Positions 9,188-17,112 of a DNA stretch of 34,965 nucleotides are shown in pieces (within the stretch, counting starts at the first letter, position 1; each line of letters begins with the position of its first letter). The position numbers and the translations under genes are program-made. Source of the DNA: a virus (Duplodnaviria; Caudoviricetes); the IMG/VR virus record IMGVR_UViG_3300037419_000074, positions 1 to 34,965 of that record; one strand, 5' to 3'. Under the pieces are notes generated by a model that had not been told where the DNA came from, did no database searches, and saw only the letters and a program-made list of their open reading frames with translations.

Positions 9188-9359
9188 AGCAATGGCGGTT
9201 ATCGACGAAGCTAGAGGTAAGATACTAGCCAGTCGTAGACACTTTCCGAAAACAAGTCTCCATTACAAAGATTGTTCGTACGTTTTAAGAGTTCTGAATG
9301 GATTGAAAAAGGAATTCACCGATTTACTTGACACCGACCAACCGCCACTTTGCTTGTGA
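9165..9359 (+). CDS. Hypothetical protein
   Basis: 64-aa ORF filling the gap between helicase and polymerase with short overlaps. Confidence 0.5.
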   Translation: MTPTSHSKAMAVIDEARGKILASRRHFPKTSLHYKDCSYVLRVLNGLKKEFTDLLDTDQPPLCL

Positions 9360-11223
9360 CATCGAAGCAGACAATCTGCTCGATGAAGCCACTAGGATTT
9401 GGTGTGTCTGTGTCGAAAACTGTGTGACAGGAGAGAAGAGGAGTTTCATTGATGCCCAAGCGTTTAAAGACTTTCTTGAAGAACATCCTGATTATCTCCT
9501 TGTTGGGCATAATTTTATTGCTTATGATCTTGTTATGCTTAACCGCTATTTTGGAACCCGTATTCCGGTTTCTCGTGTGGTTGACACTTTTGTTCTAAGT
9601 CAACTCTACAATCCCAACTATTCCGGCGGCCACAGCTTGGAAGCTTGGGGCATCCGACTAAGACACCCAAAGACAGAACACAAGGATTTTTCATGTCTTA
9701 CTCCCGAAATGTTAGAATACTGCGCCAACGATACGGCGCTTACGGCAATCCTCTTCAGAAAGCTTACGGAGCGTATGAGGCAGTATGCCTTTACGGAAGC
9801 TGGCGCAGAAATAGAGCATCTCGCATGGAACGTGATTCAGAACAAACAAAGACGAAACGGATTTCCGTTCAATAAAAAGAAGGCAGAAGAACTATATGTA
9901 ACCCTCCGTAAGAGAGAGGAAGAACTAAAGAATGACATCTACAAACTCTGGCCCCCTCAGTTGCTCCCAGTTAGAGAATATTCAAAGGGTCGTAAGCGCG
10001 ATGGTAGCCTCAGTGCTAACTATATCAGACATAAGGGACAATACCCTAAGCTCGAATGGATTGACGGCCAGAGATATCGAGCGTATGATTTCGTCGAGTT
10101 TAACCTTGGAAGCCCGAGCCAAAGAATTGAGAAGCTTCTTGAGCTAGGCTGGAAGCCAAGTCAGTTTACTAAGAAGACAGACAAAGGCGGTGGCGGCAAT
10201 CCTAAGGTCGACGAAGACAGTCTCGTAGCTTTCGCAGAGACTAGTGGTAGAGAAGAAGTCGTCAAACTGGCTAAATGGATCGTCGTCAACAGCAGAGCTA
10301 ACATGCTCTATAACGTCAAGAAAGACGGCAAAGAAGGCGGATGGTTGACCGCCTATAACGACAAGACGGACTGCCTACATGGTCGACTTTTTATTGCTTC
10401 TACATTACGTTATAAACACTCCGATCCTAACTCCGCTAACATCCCGGCTGTCCGGACTGACAAAGAAGGGAATATAAAATATGGCGAAGAAGGTAACTAC
10501 ACCTACGAAGCCAGAGACCTCTTTACTTCAGGAGGCGAAGGATGGTCTCTCGTCGGCATTGACGGAACTGGAATACAAAATCGCTGCCTTATCCACAACC
10601 TCATTAAAACCGTCGGAGCAGAGACGGTTGCTCCGTTTACTGAACTCTCACTTAGGGGAGATATCCACAAGCATAACATTGATGTGCTTGGGCTTGCCAA
10701 CAAGGCTGCTGCCAAGAAGTTCTATTACACCCTGATGATGGGCGGCGGTGGCGAGAGACTTGCTGCCGATCAGTTACAATTCGGTACAGTAATGACGGCT
10801 GCAGAAGGTGCCGCTAAGAAGGCTAAGCTCGTCAAAAGCATCCCTGGTTTCTTTACTCTAATAAAGGCTCTTCAGCGTGAACTGGATGAAACTGGCAGGA
10901 TACGTCTTTGTGATGGGACTCCTATCCTTGTTCCTAGTCCCCACATGGTTATTCCCTACCTTCTCCAAGGAGACGAAAGCAGGTTGATGAAGAAGGCGAT
11001 GATACTTGTTGATGAACAGGTCCGTCGTCACCGACTGTCAGAGTTTGTAAAAAAGGTTGCCGACATTCATGACGAACACCAGTATCGTGTTAAGAATGAA
11101 TACGTCAAGAAGTTTATAGAGCTAGCCATTCCTTGTTTTGCTAAGGCGGGTGAGTTCTTTAACTACCTAATTCCCATCGAAGCAGAGGCTAAAGTAGGTG
11201 ATACTTGGGCATTAACCCACTAG
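9328..11223 (+). CDS. Family A DNA polymerase with 3'-5' exonuclease (T7 gp5-like)
   Basis: Exo motifs CDIEAD, GHNFIAYD, YCAND; motif A GIDGTGIQNR, motif B KAAAKKFYYTLMMG, motif C IHDE. Confidence 0.95.
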   Translation: MTPTNRHFACDIEADNLLDEATRIWCVCVENCVTGEKRSFIDAQAFKDFLEEHPDYLLVGHNFIAYDLVMLNRYFGTRIPVSRVVDTFVLSQLYNPNYSGGHSLEAWGIRLRHPKTEHKDFSCLTPEMLEYCANDTALTAILFRKLTERMRQYAFTEAGAEIEHLAWNVIQNKQRRNGFPFNKKKAEELYVTLRKREEELKNDIYKLWPPQLLPVREYSKGRKRDGSLSANYIRHKGQYPKLEWIDGQRYRAYDFVEFNLGSPSQRIEKLLELGWKPSQFTKKTDKGGGGNPKVDEDSLVAFAETSGREEVVKLAKWIVVNSRANMLYNVKKDGKEGGWLTAYNDKTDCLHGRLFIASTLRYKHSDPNSANIPAVRTDKEGNIKYGEEGNYTYEARDLFTSGGEGWSLVGIDGTGIQNRCLIHNLIKTVGAETVAPFTELSLRGDIHKHNIDVLGLANKAAAKKFYYTLMMGGGGERLAADQLQFGTVMTAAEGAAKKAKLVKSIPGFFTLIKALQRELDETGRIRLCDGTPILVPSPHMVIPYLLQGDESRLMKKAMILVDEQVRRHRLSEFVKKVADIHDEHQYRVKNEYVKKFIELAIPCFAKAGEFFNYLIPIEAEAKVGDTWALTH

Positions 11224-11235
11224 TTAAAATAGTTG

Positions 11236-11264
11236 TTGACAAGTGCGTAAATAGTTGATATAAT
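11236..11264 (+). promoter_or_regulatory. Sigma70-type promoter upstream of SSB
   Basis: TTGACA (11236-11241), 17-nt spacer, TGn extension, TATAAT (11259-11264), intergenic. Confidence 0.88.
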
Positions 11265-11296
11265 AGGATATAGAGAGAAAGAAAGGTTGTTTAAAG

Positions 11297-11866
11297 TTGA
11301 GTAAAGACAAGTTTATAGTACTACGTGGTGAGCTATATTACGCCCGGTTGACCGGTGCTGCTCACCCCCACAACGGGCTTCCTAAGTACGACAAGGGACC
11401 TTACTGGTCAGTTGATCTAGTTCCTGACAGCAAGTCTTTGAAGCTTATGGAGTCCTTTGGGATCACTGAGAAGCTGAAGAAGGATAAGAAAGATAAAGAT
11501 CATCACGACGGCAAGCAGTTCCTCGGTCTCCGTCACCTTCTAAGACGTAAGGACGGGACAGAGAATAAGCCCATCCCTGTCAAGGACATTGAAGGCAATC
11601 TCTGGGACCCCGATGTCAATATCGGCAACTGCTCGATTGGTGACGTCAAGATCAAGGTTGTCGACTACGGAGTCGGCTCTGATAAAGGTACTTACATCCA
11701 AGCTCTAAGGGTTCTGAAGCATGTCCCGTATGAGAAGGACGACTTCGAGCCGTTGAGTGAGGATGACGAGTTCTTTGCCGGTGCTGCAGACGAAGCAGAA
11801 GTCATTGCCAGCACAGGCGCTGCTAATGCTTTTGATGCCGACATGGATGATGATATTCCGTTCTAA
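11297..11866 (+). CDS. Single-stranded DNA-binding protein (gp2.5-like)
   Basis: Follows polymerase; IGNCS.G.V pattern; acidic tail ending DDDIPF; TTG start after GAAAGG. Confidence 0.8.
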   Translation: MSKDKFIVLRGELYYARLTGAAHPHNGLPKYDKGPYWSVDLVPDSKSLKLMESFGITEKLKKDKKDKDHHDGKQFLGLRHLLRRKDGTENKPIPVKDIEGNLWDPDVNIGNCSIGDVKIKVVDYGVGSDKGTYIQALRVLKHVPYEKDDFEPLSEDDEFFAGAADEAEVIASTGAANAFDADMDDDIPF

Positions 11867-11875
11867 GGAGAGATT

Positions 11876-12130
11876 ATGTTTAAGTTTCTAAAGAATGTAT
11901 TTACTGCCGACGAGCGTCCGCTTCAGCTGGAAACAACTGAGCAGGAGCCGGGCAGGTTTATTAACGAAGGCTTCGGCGGATTTGTTTCCGCTGACGGCAC
12001 TGCTACGATTCGTCAGATGAAGAATGGCAGGTTCCGTCTTCTCGTTAACCAGAACGAAGTCGTTGCAACATACGCCCGTCGTCGCGATGCAATCCGTGGG
12101 GCTGCCCGTCGTGGTCTCACAGTCGTTTAA
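11876..12130 (+). CDS. Hypothetical protein
   Basis: AAGGAG RBS; basic C-terminus YARRRDAIRGAARRG. Confidence 0.7.
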   Translation: MFKFLKNVFTADERPLQLETTEQEPGRFINEGFGGFVSADGTATIRQMKNGRFRLLVNQNEVVATYARRRDAIRGAARRGLTVV

Positions 12131-12404
12131 AGACAAAGTAGAAGAAAAAGCTCTTTCGCTAATCATCCGTGCACTGATCCGTATTGAAAGGAAATTGAAT
12201 TTAATGGCTAATGATTTCTCACAGTTGACTGCAGTTATTGACAACGTTGTAGCAGAGATTGCTGAAGTAGTCGCAATCCTACAGAATCCGGCTGTCGACA
12301 ACAACGATCAGGCGATTATTGACGCCTTGGTTGCGAAGCTCAATCCGGCTGCTTCGAGTCTTGGTAGCGTCTTGCCTGCTCCGGCTCCGGCACCGACTGC
12401 TTAA
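12111..12404 (+). CDS. Hypothetical coiled-coil protein (start GTG 12111 or ATG 12204)
   Basis: Heptad-like MANDFSQLTAVIDNVVAEI..., PAPAPAP tail, TAATG coupling to next gene; start uncertain. Confidence 0.6.
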   Translation: MVSQSFKDKVEEKALSLIIRALIRIERKLNLMANDFSQLTAVIDNVVAEIAEVVAILQNPAVDNNDQAIIDALVAKLNPAASSLGSVLPAPAPAPTA

Positions 12405-13273
12405 TGAGTTCTTCTTCAGATACGCCTTCTCGTGATCCCGCCTCTCTTCCGCAGGATATCTATAACATCCTGAGCGACACCACCGATCATGAAGTATCTG
12501 AGGAGAATGTGGAGTGGGCGGGGGAGTTGTTCAAAGATCTTCTCCGCTCACGCCTCAAGAAACAGAAACCTTCTGGTCTTCGGTTCTCAAATCTAGGCAA
12601 GAAAGATCGCCAGATTTGGTACAAGGTCAACGAGCCTGAGAAGGCCGAGAAGCTACGCCCTCAAACAAGCTTCAAGTTCCTATACGGAGATATGATTGAG
12701 GTTCTTCTATTATTCCTAGCCAAGGAGGCAGGACATGAAGTCACCCACCTGCAACACGAAGTCGAAGTCGATGGAGTATCAGGTCACACTGACGCTGTTA
12801 TTGACGGCATCCCTGTGGACTGCAAATCTGCTTCTCCCTATGGTTACCAAAAGTTCGCAGACGGAGGCTTTGTCTTCGACGATCCCTTCGGCTATGTCAA
12901 ACAGCTATCCGGCTATGCCAACGCACTTGGGGTTACAGACAGAGCAGGATTTCTTGTCGCAGACAAAGTCCACGGAGACATCTGCTTCGCCGAAATTGAT
13001 GAATACACAATCAGAGGAAACAAGCCCGAGCCTAGAATTGCAGCTCTGCGTACCGTTATCGACCAACCCGAGCCCCCCGGACGATGCTACCCCGACAGAC
13101 CCTCTGGAAAATCTGGAAATCGCGAGCTTGGTCTGAACTGTTCTTACTGCGAATTCAAGGATCACTGTTGGGCTGACAGTAACGGAGGAAAAGGACTTAG
13201 GAAGTTCTACTACGCCAACGGGCCTAAGTATCTTACGCGAGTAGTTAAGGAGCCTAACGTCAGTGAAGCCTGA
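12404..13273 (+). CDS. PD-(D/E)XK / Cas4-like exonuclease
   Basis: LRFSNLG, GHTDAVIDG, VDCKSAS, QLSGY and C-terminal CSYC.....C. Confidence 0.85.
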   Translation: MSSSSDTPSRDPASLPQDIYNILSDTTDHEVSEENVEWAGELFKDLLRSRLKKQKPSGLRFSNLGKKDRQIWYKVNEPEKAEKLRPQTSFKFLYGDMIEVLLLFLAKEAGHEVTHLQHEVEVDGVSGHTDAVIDGIPVDCKSASPYGYQKFADGGFVFDDPFGYVKQLSGYANALGVTDRAGFLVADKVHGDICFAEIDEYTIRGNKPEPRIAALRTVIDQPEPPGRCYPDRPSGKSGNRELGLNCSYCEFKDHCWADSNGGKGLRKFYYANGPKYLTRVVKEPNVSEA

Positions 13274-13490
13274 AATTGATATTTATAAACAAGATAATCA
13301 ACTCTTTGTCAATGTCACAATAGGTGATGATACGTTTGGAACTAGCGCCAGCGACGATGTTCCGGTACAGATGTATGTAAATCTACTAATGGACAGAATT
13401 GCAAAGAATAAGCTAGGCATCACTAGCCACGATATTTCTATGGCAATAGCAGATTATTTATGGGCTGATAGCATTGCCAAAGACGCCTAG
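13263..13490 (+). CDS. Hypothetical protein
   Basis: AAGGAG RBS before GTG; tiles between the nucleases. Confidence 0.6.
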   Translation: MKPEIDIYKQDNQLFVNVTIGDDTFGTSASDDVPVQMYVNLLMDRIAKNKLGITSHDISMAIADYLWADSIAKDA

Positions 13491-13863
13491 GCAATATCAT
13501 CTAGCCCATAAGTACGGAATTACTGAAGAGATCTATGACAAGCTCCTTGAGAAGCAAGAAGGCTGCTGCGCGGTTTGCAAAAAGCACGAGTCTTCGTTCG
13601 AAGTCCGCTTGGCGGTTGATCATAATCATCGAACAGGTGAAATCAGAGGATTACTCTGTCGATACTGTAATCACCGACTGGTGGGGCGCCATACCGATGC
13701 GGACTTACTTCAATCCGTATCAGAGTATTTAAGACAAACTACGGGGCTCTTCGTCCCCAAGAAGAGAAGGCGGCGAACGCCTCGAAAGGTTAAAGAAGCT
13801 GACAAAGGTAAAACTGCCAGACCAAAAGTTACTCGTCCTAGACATAGAATGGTGCCCGACTAA
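13474..13863 (+). CDS. Endonuclease VII-like protein
   Basis: KYGIT, QEGCCAVC, LAVDHNHRTGEIRGLLCRYCN signature. Confidence 0.9.
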   Translation: MPKTPRQYHLAHKYGITEEIYDKLLEKQEGCCAVCKKHESSFEVRLAVDHNHRTGEIRGLLCRYCNHRLVGRHTDADLLQSVSEYLRQTTGLFVPKKRRRRTPRKVKEADKGKTARPKVTRPRHRMVPD

Positions 13864-14530
13864 GGCTTACGTATGGGGCCCATTTAAGCAGTATATTTCT
13901 GATCCTCAGATCATTGAATTCGGCGGTCTATTGTGTGTCGGAGCGAAGTGGGTAGGAGGTAAGGAAACATTCTTGTTCTCTGAATGGGAACACGGTCATA
14001 AGGGAATGATCGAAAAGACGTACGAGTTAATGAATGAAGCTGACGTCATAATTGGCTTCAATTCCGATAAGTTCGATATCCCTAAATTGTTAGGCGAAGG
14101 ATTGCTACACGGCATCCCACCAGTGGCTCCTACGACTTCAATCGATCTTTATAAAGGAATTAAGAAGTTCGGGTACTTTAGAAGTTCGCTCGGACATATC
14201 GCCCCATTTCTCGGCATCGGTCGGAAGATGGAACACGAAGGCTTCTCACTGTGGATAAAAGTAATCAATGGAGACGAAAAAGCTCAGCGAAGAATGGCAA
14301 GATATTGCAGCCAAGACGTTAGACTTACTGAGCGACTATATCTCAAAATACGACCATATCTCAGAAGTCATCCTTACCTGGGTGAGGCCCGATCAGGAAA
14401 CTGCCCCGCCTGCGGAGGCAATCATTCTCACAGTCGAGGAACAGTCAGAACTCGTTTCTTCGAGAAACAGCGGTTGGTCTGTCAAAATTGTGGGCATTGG
14501 TACTATGGACAACAAAGTAAAATCGGATGA
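13799..14530 (+). CDS. RNase H-like (DEDD/DnaQ-like) exonuclease with C-terminal Zn ribbon; probable CTG start
   Basis: In-frame LVLDIE motif lies upstream of the tracked TTG at 13931; GFNSDKFD, YCSQDV, CPACG...CQNCG. Confidence 0.8.
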   Translation: MTKVKLPDQKLLVLDIEWCPTKAYVWGPFKQYISDPQIIEFGGLLCVGAKWVGGKETFLFSEWEHGHKGMIEKTYELMNEADVIIGFNSDKFDIPKLLGEGLLHGIPPVAPTTSIDLYKGIKKFGYFRSSLGHIAPFLGIGRKMEHEGFSLWIKVINGDEKAQRRMARYCSQDVRLTERLYLKIRPYLRSHPYLGEARSGNCPACGGNHSHSRGTVRTRFFEKQRLVCQNCGHWYYGQQSKIG

Positions 14531-14955
14531 ACAAATGGGATTTGCGGTTCCTAAAAGCCGCCGAAGAAGTCGCGACGTGGAGCAAGGACCCGTCAACTAA
14601 AGTCGGCTGTGTCATTGTCGATCCCGAACTTCAACGAAGAGTAGGAGAAGGGTTTAATGGCTTCCCTAGGTTTATGTCTGACGATCCTGTTCTTTATTCT
14701 AATCGCGACGTCAAGTATTCGCGTACGCTCCACGCGGAACTGAACGCAGTATTGTTTTCTAAGAAGACGGAAGGTTGTACAGCTTATGTCACTCACCCCT
14801 GCTGTACTAACTGTGCACTCATACTCATCCAAGCAGGGATTAATCGCGTTGTCTGTATGCGACCGAGTAGTGATCTGCTTTCCAGATGGGACGACAGTAT
14901 CACACGAGGTAAAAGCTTCTTCGACGAAGCAGAAGTAGAGTACGAGTTAGTTTAA
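14527..14955 (+). CDS. dCMP deaminase
   Basis: SKDPSTKVG, GFNG, HAELNA and PCCTNC Zn-binding motifs. Confidence 0.92.
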   Translation: MNKWDLRFLKAAEEVATWSKDPSTKVGCVIVDPELQRRVGEGFNGFPRFMSDDPVLYSNRDVKYSRTLHAELNAVLFSKKTEGCTAYVTHPCCTNCALILIQAGINRVVCMRPSSDLLSRWDDSITRGKSFFDEAEVEYELV

Positions 14956-15152
14956 TGTATATGCCTGAGTATTACGAAGAGTTAGATAAAGAAAATCTTA
15001 ACAAGATTGCCGACTATTTCGAGGCTTGGGAGCTAGTCTACTATCTGCGTGACCATATAAGCACACGAGATATCGTAGACAGCTTTCCCGACGACATTGA
15101 AGACACACTAGAAGACCTCCTCGAATTCATCGGTGCAAAGGAGAGAAAGTGA
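14955..15152 (+). CDS. Acidic hypothetical protein
   Basis: TAATG coupling upstream, GTGA coupling downstream. Confidence 0.65.
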   Translation: MYMPEYYEELDKENLNKIADYFEAWELVYYLRDHISTRDIVDSFPDDIEDTLEDLLEFIGAKERK

Positions 15153-15511
15153 GTAGTGTATATATCGCTGGTCCTATGTCTGGCATTCCTGACTTCAATT
15201 TCCCTGCTTTCCACAGGGCCGAAGACTGGCTCAGGAGGTTCGAAGGATTCGAAGTAGTCTATAACCCCGCTAAGAAAGAGATAGAGAAGACACTAAGTCC
15301 CGAGGCATTTGCTACCGGTGATGTAAACAAAACGATTGAAGACGGATTCGACATGCGAGAGTGTTATCTTTGGGACATCGAACACGTCATCAAGGCCGAT
15401 GCAATCTATATGCTAGAAGGATGGGAGAAAGGTGCAGGAGCGCGTGGAGAACACGCAGTAGCCTGTGTCATGAAGCGTCACTATCCTGAATACAGGATCA
15501 TGTATGAGTAA
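15149..15511 (+). CDS. DUF4406-like nucleoside 2-deoxyribosyltransferase-fold protein
   Basis: VYIAGPMSG.PDFNFPAF, NPA, DAIYML.GWE...GA..E pattern. Confidence 0.8.
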   Translation: MSSVYIAGPMSGIPDFNFPAFHRAEDWLRRFEGFEVVYNPAKKEIEKTLSPEAFATGDVNKTIEDGFDMRECYLWDIEHVIKADAIYMLEGWEKGAGARGEHAVACVMKRHYPEYRIMYE

Positions 15512-16019
15512 TGTCTTATACCTCATAGGAAGTCTTAGGAATAAACGAATACCTGAGCTAGCCAAGAAAATCAGAAAGGACAATCCTGATGTCGAAGTCT
15601 TTGACGACTGGTACTCGGCGGGGCCGGAAGCAGACGACTACTGGAAAGCCCACCAAAGGCTCAAAGGACTCAGCTATCGAGAAGCTCTGGCTGGACATGC
15701 CGCTAAGAATGTCTTTGCTTTTGACAAGCGACATCTCGACAGGTCTACTCATGCGATCCTCGTTCTCCCCGCAGGGCGGTCTGGACATATGGAAATCATG
15801 TATGCGGCTTATGGGGTAGGAGCCAAGACTGCGATCCTCCTAGACGAAACAGATGATCGTTGGGACGTGATGTATCAGTTCATTCCCACAGTACTGCATA
15901 ACGATAAGGAAATACAAGAATGGCTCAAGCCATCGAAGACACGCTCAAGGAGCGGGGAGCTAATTATGGTTCCTTCAGGTCACACGCCCGAATCAGTCAG
16001 AACATCGTTCGTGCAATGA
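15504..16019 (+). CDS. Nucleoside 2-deoxyribosyltransferase / nucleotide N-hydrolase-like protein
   Basis: LYLIGS, VFDDW, D...LD, LVLPAGRSGHME pattern with candidate catalytic Glu. Confidence 0.65.
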   Translation: MSNVLYLIGSLRNKRIPELAKKIRKDNPDVEVFDDWYSAGPEADDYWKAHQRLKGLSYREALAGHAAKNVFAFDKRHLDRSTHAILVLPAGRSGHMEIMYAAYGVGAKTAILLDETDDRWDVMYQFIPTVLHNDKEIQEWLKPSKTRSRSGELIMVPSGHTPESVRTSFVQ

Positions 16020-16192
16020 TCGACTCTCCTAATTGGGAGAAGCTAGACGACGACATGCGAGAAGCCTTCCATATCATCGCTAATAAAATGGGTAGGATTC
16101 TAAACGGTGATCCTAGCTTCCATGATAGTTGGCATGACATTGTAGGATACGCGAAGTTAGTGGCCGACCGCCTTCTAGGCGATGAGAAGTGA
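15920..16192 (+). CDS. DUF6378-like small helical protein
   Basis: TLKERGANYG, K..RIL.GD, DSWHDIVGYA pattern; AAGGA RBS. Confidence 0.7.
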   Translation: MAQAIEDTLKERGANYGSFRSHARISQNIVRAMIDSPNWEKLDDDMREAFHIIANKMGRILNGDPSFHDSWHDIVGYAKLVADRLLGDEK

Positions 16193-16479
16193 TTGAAGCA
16201 AATGAGATGACCGAGTACGAAGGCGAAGAAGAGGAGATTGAAGAAGAGGAAGGCGAACTCTTCTATGAAATTTACGTCGAAACCGCAACCAATCTAATCC
16301 ACGAAGTCCAGTTATTTGATGATTTCGTACTCGTCAGACCCGCTTCACCTAACCTCTACCTAGCTATTCGCAAACTGCCTATCCTAGAGTTCTCTAAAGA
16401 GTTCCATGAATACCTCGGAGACTGTCAGGCGGTACGTGATTACTTAAAGAATAGCTTGGCAGATATCGTAATAGAATAA
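16189..16479 (+). CDS. Hypothetical protein with Glu-rich N-terminus
   Basis: GTGA coupling with previous gene; EEEEIEEEEGE tract. Confidence 0.65.
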   Translation: MIEANEMTEYEGEEEEIEEEEGELFYEIYVETATNLIHEVQLFDDFVLVRPASPNLYLAIRKLPILEFSKEFHEYLGDCQAVRDYLKNSLADIVIE

Positions 16480-16598
16480 AGTTTGGGCAGTCTTTGACTG
16501 GGTAACACGTATAGCCGATTGTGTAGACGTGGAAAGATGGTTGACCCGCGCCGTATTAAAGGCGGGCACTGAGCAATCCCCAAAGTCCTTGAGGCGTT

Positions 16599-16754
16599 AT
16601 GAATATCCACTACTACGACGACAAAGAGCGTCGAAAGATGCGGCGAGTTACTAAGAAAAAGCATGAGAGGAAAGATATTGAGCGAGAGCAGAGAAACAGT
16701 CGTAGGAAAGATCACAGGAGATCAAAACCGTCTTCAGTACGACGACAAGGATAG
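16599..16754 (+). CDS. Arg/Lys-rich 51-aa peptide (not in ORF track)
   Basis: GAGG before ATG 16599; MNIHYYDDKERRKMRRVTKKKHERK...; overlaps next ORF. Confidence 0.4.
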   Translation: MNIHYYDDKERRKMRRVTKKKHERKDIEREQRNSRRKDHRRSKPSSVRRQG

Positions 16755-17037
16755 CGACCGACTAGAAGCGGCTGTAGGAGAACTGACTGAGGCGGCAGTT
16801 AACTTCATCGGGTCAGTTGGTGAATACGATCAAGAAACTAAAACACCGGTCGATGACACAAGTGCTACTAGGATGCGAGCGGCTCGGCAGAAAGTAGTCG
16901 AGACCTATGCCACCCTACAGGTAGCTCTTAATCGAATCGGATACGTCTTCAGGATTGATGGCGATGAAGCCTTTAGTAAGATGGTTGATTTCATCTCAGG
17001 TCCAGAAGATGCAACTCTAGTCTTATCCGGCCTATAG
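16678..17037 (+). CDS. MazG/NTP-pyrophosphohydrolase-like protein, apparently degenerate
   Basis: Helical pattern LEAAVGELTEAA...VVETYATLQVAL...FRIDGDEAF resembles phage MazG-like proteins; TTG 16678 has GAGG RBS (track start 16663). Confidence 0.55.
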   Translation: MSESRETVVGKITGDQNRLQYDDKDSDRLEAAVGELTEAAVNFIGSVGEYDQETKTPVDDTSATRMRAARQKVVETYATLQVALNRIGYVFRIDGDEAFSKMVDFISGPEDATLVLSGL

Positions 17038-17057
17038 ACCTTCGCCAGATACGACAA

Positions 17058-17096
17058 AGGGCTCGCCAGCTTAATTGCCAGCGAGCCCTCGTTTTT
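17058..17096. terminator. Probable bidirectional intrinsic terminator at the arm junction
   Basis: AGGGCTCGC (17058-17066) / GCGAGCCCT (17081-17089) inverted repeat; TTTTT follows on +; stem extends to 13 bp by G-U pairs on the - strand RNA. Confidence 0.8.
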
Positions 17097-17112
17097 GCCT
17101 AAGGTAGGCTAG

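Noticed and set aside
9328-11223. Intron or intein in the DNA polymerase
   Set aside because: Single uninterrupted 631-aa ORF with all motifs at compact spacing; no intein splice signatures seen.
11780-11866. Shared acidic D-x-P-F C-termini of SSB and helicase as a novelty
   Set aside because: Acidic tails ending in Phe are established polymerase-binding features of T7-type gp2.5 and gp4.
12404-13273. Cas4-like nuclease as sign of a CRISPR-Cas system
   Set aside because: No repeat-spacer array or other cas genes; stand-alone PD-(D/E)XK exonucleases are normal in phage replication modules.
16480-16590. tRNA gene or known self-cleaving ribozyme
   Set aside because: No GTTCRA T-loop, 7-bp acceptor stem or recognisable hammerhead, twister, pistol or HDV core; kept only as a generic structured-RNA candidate.
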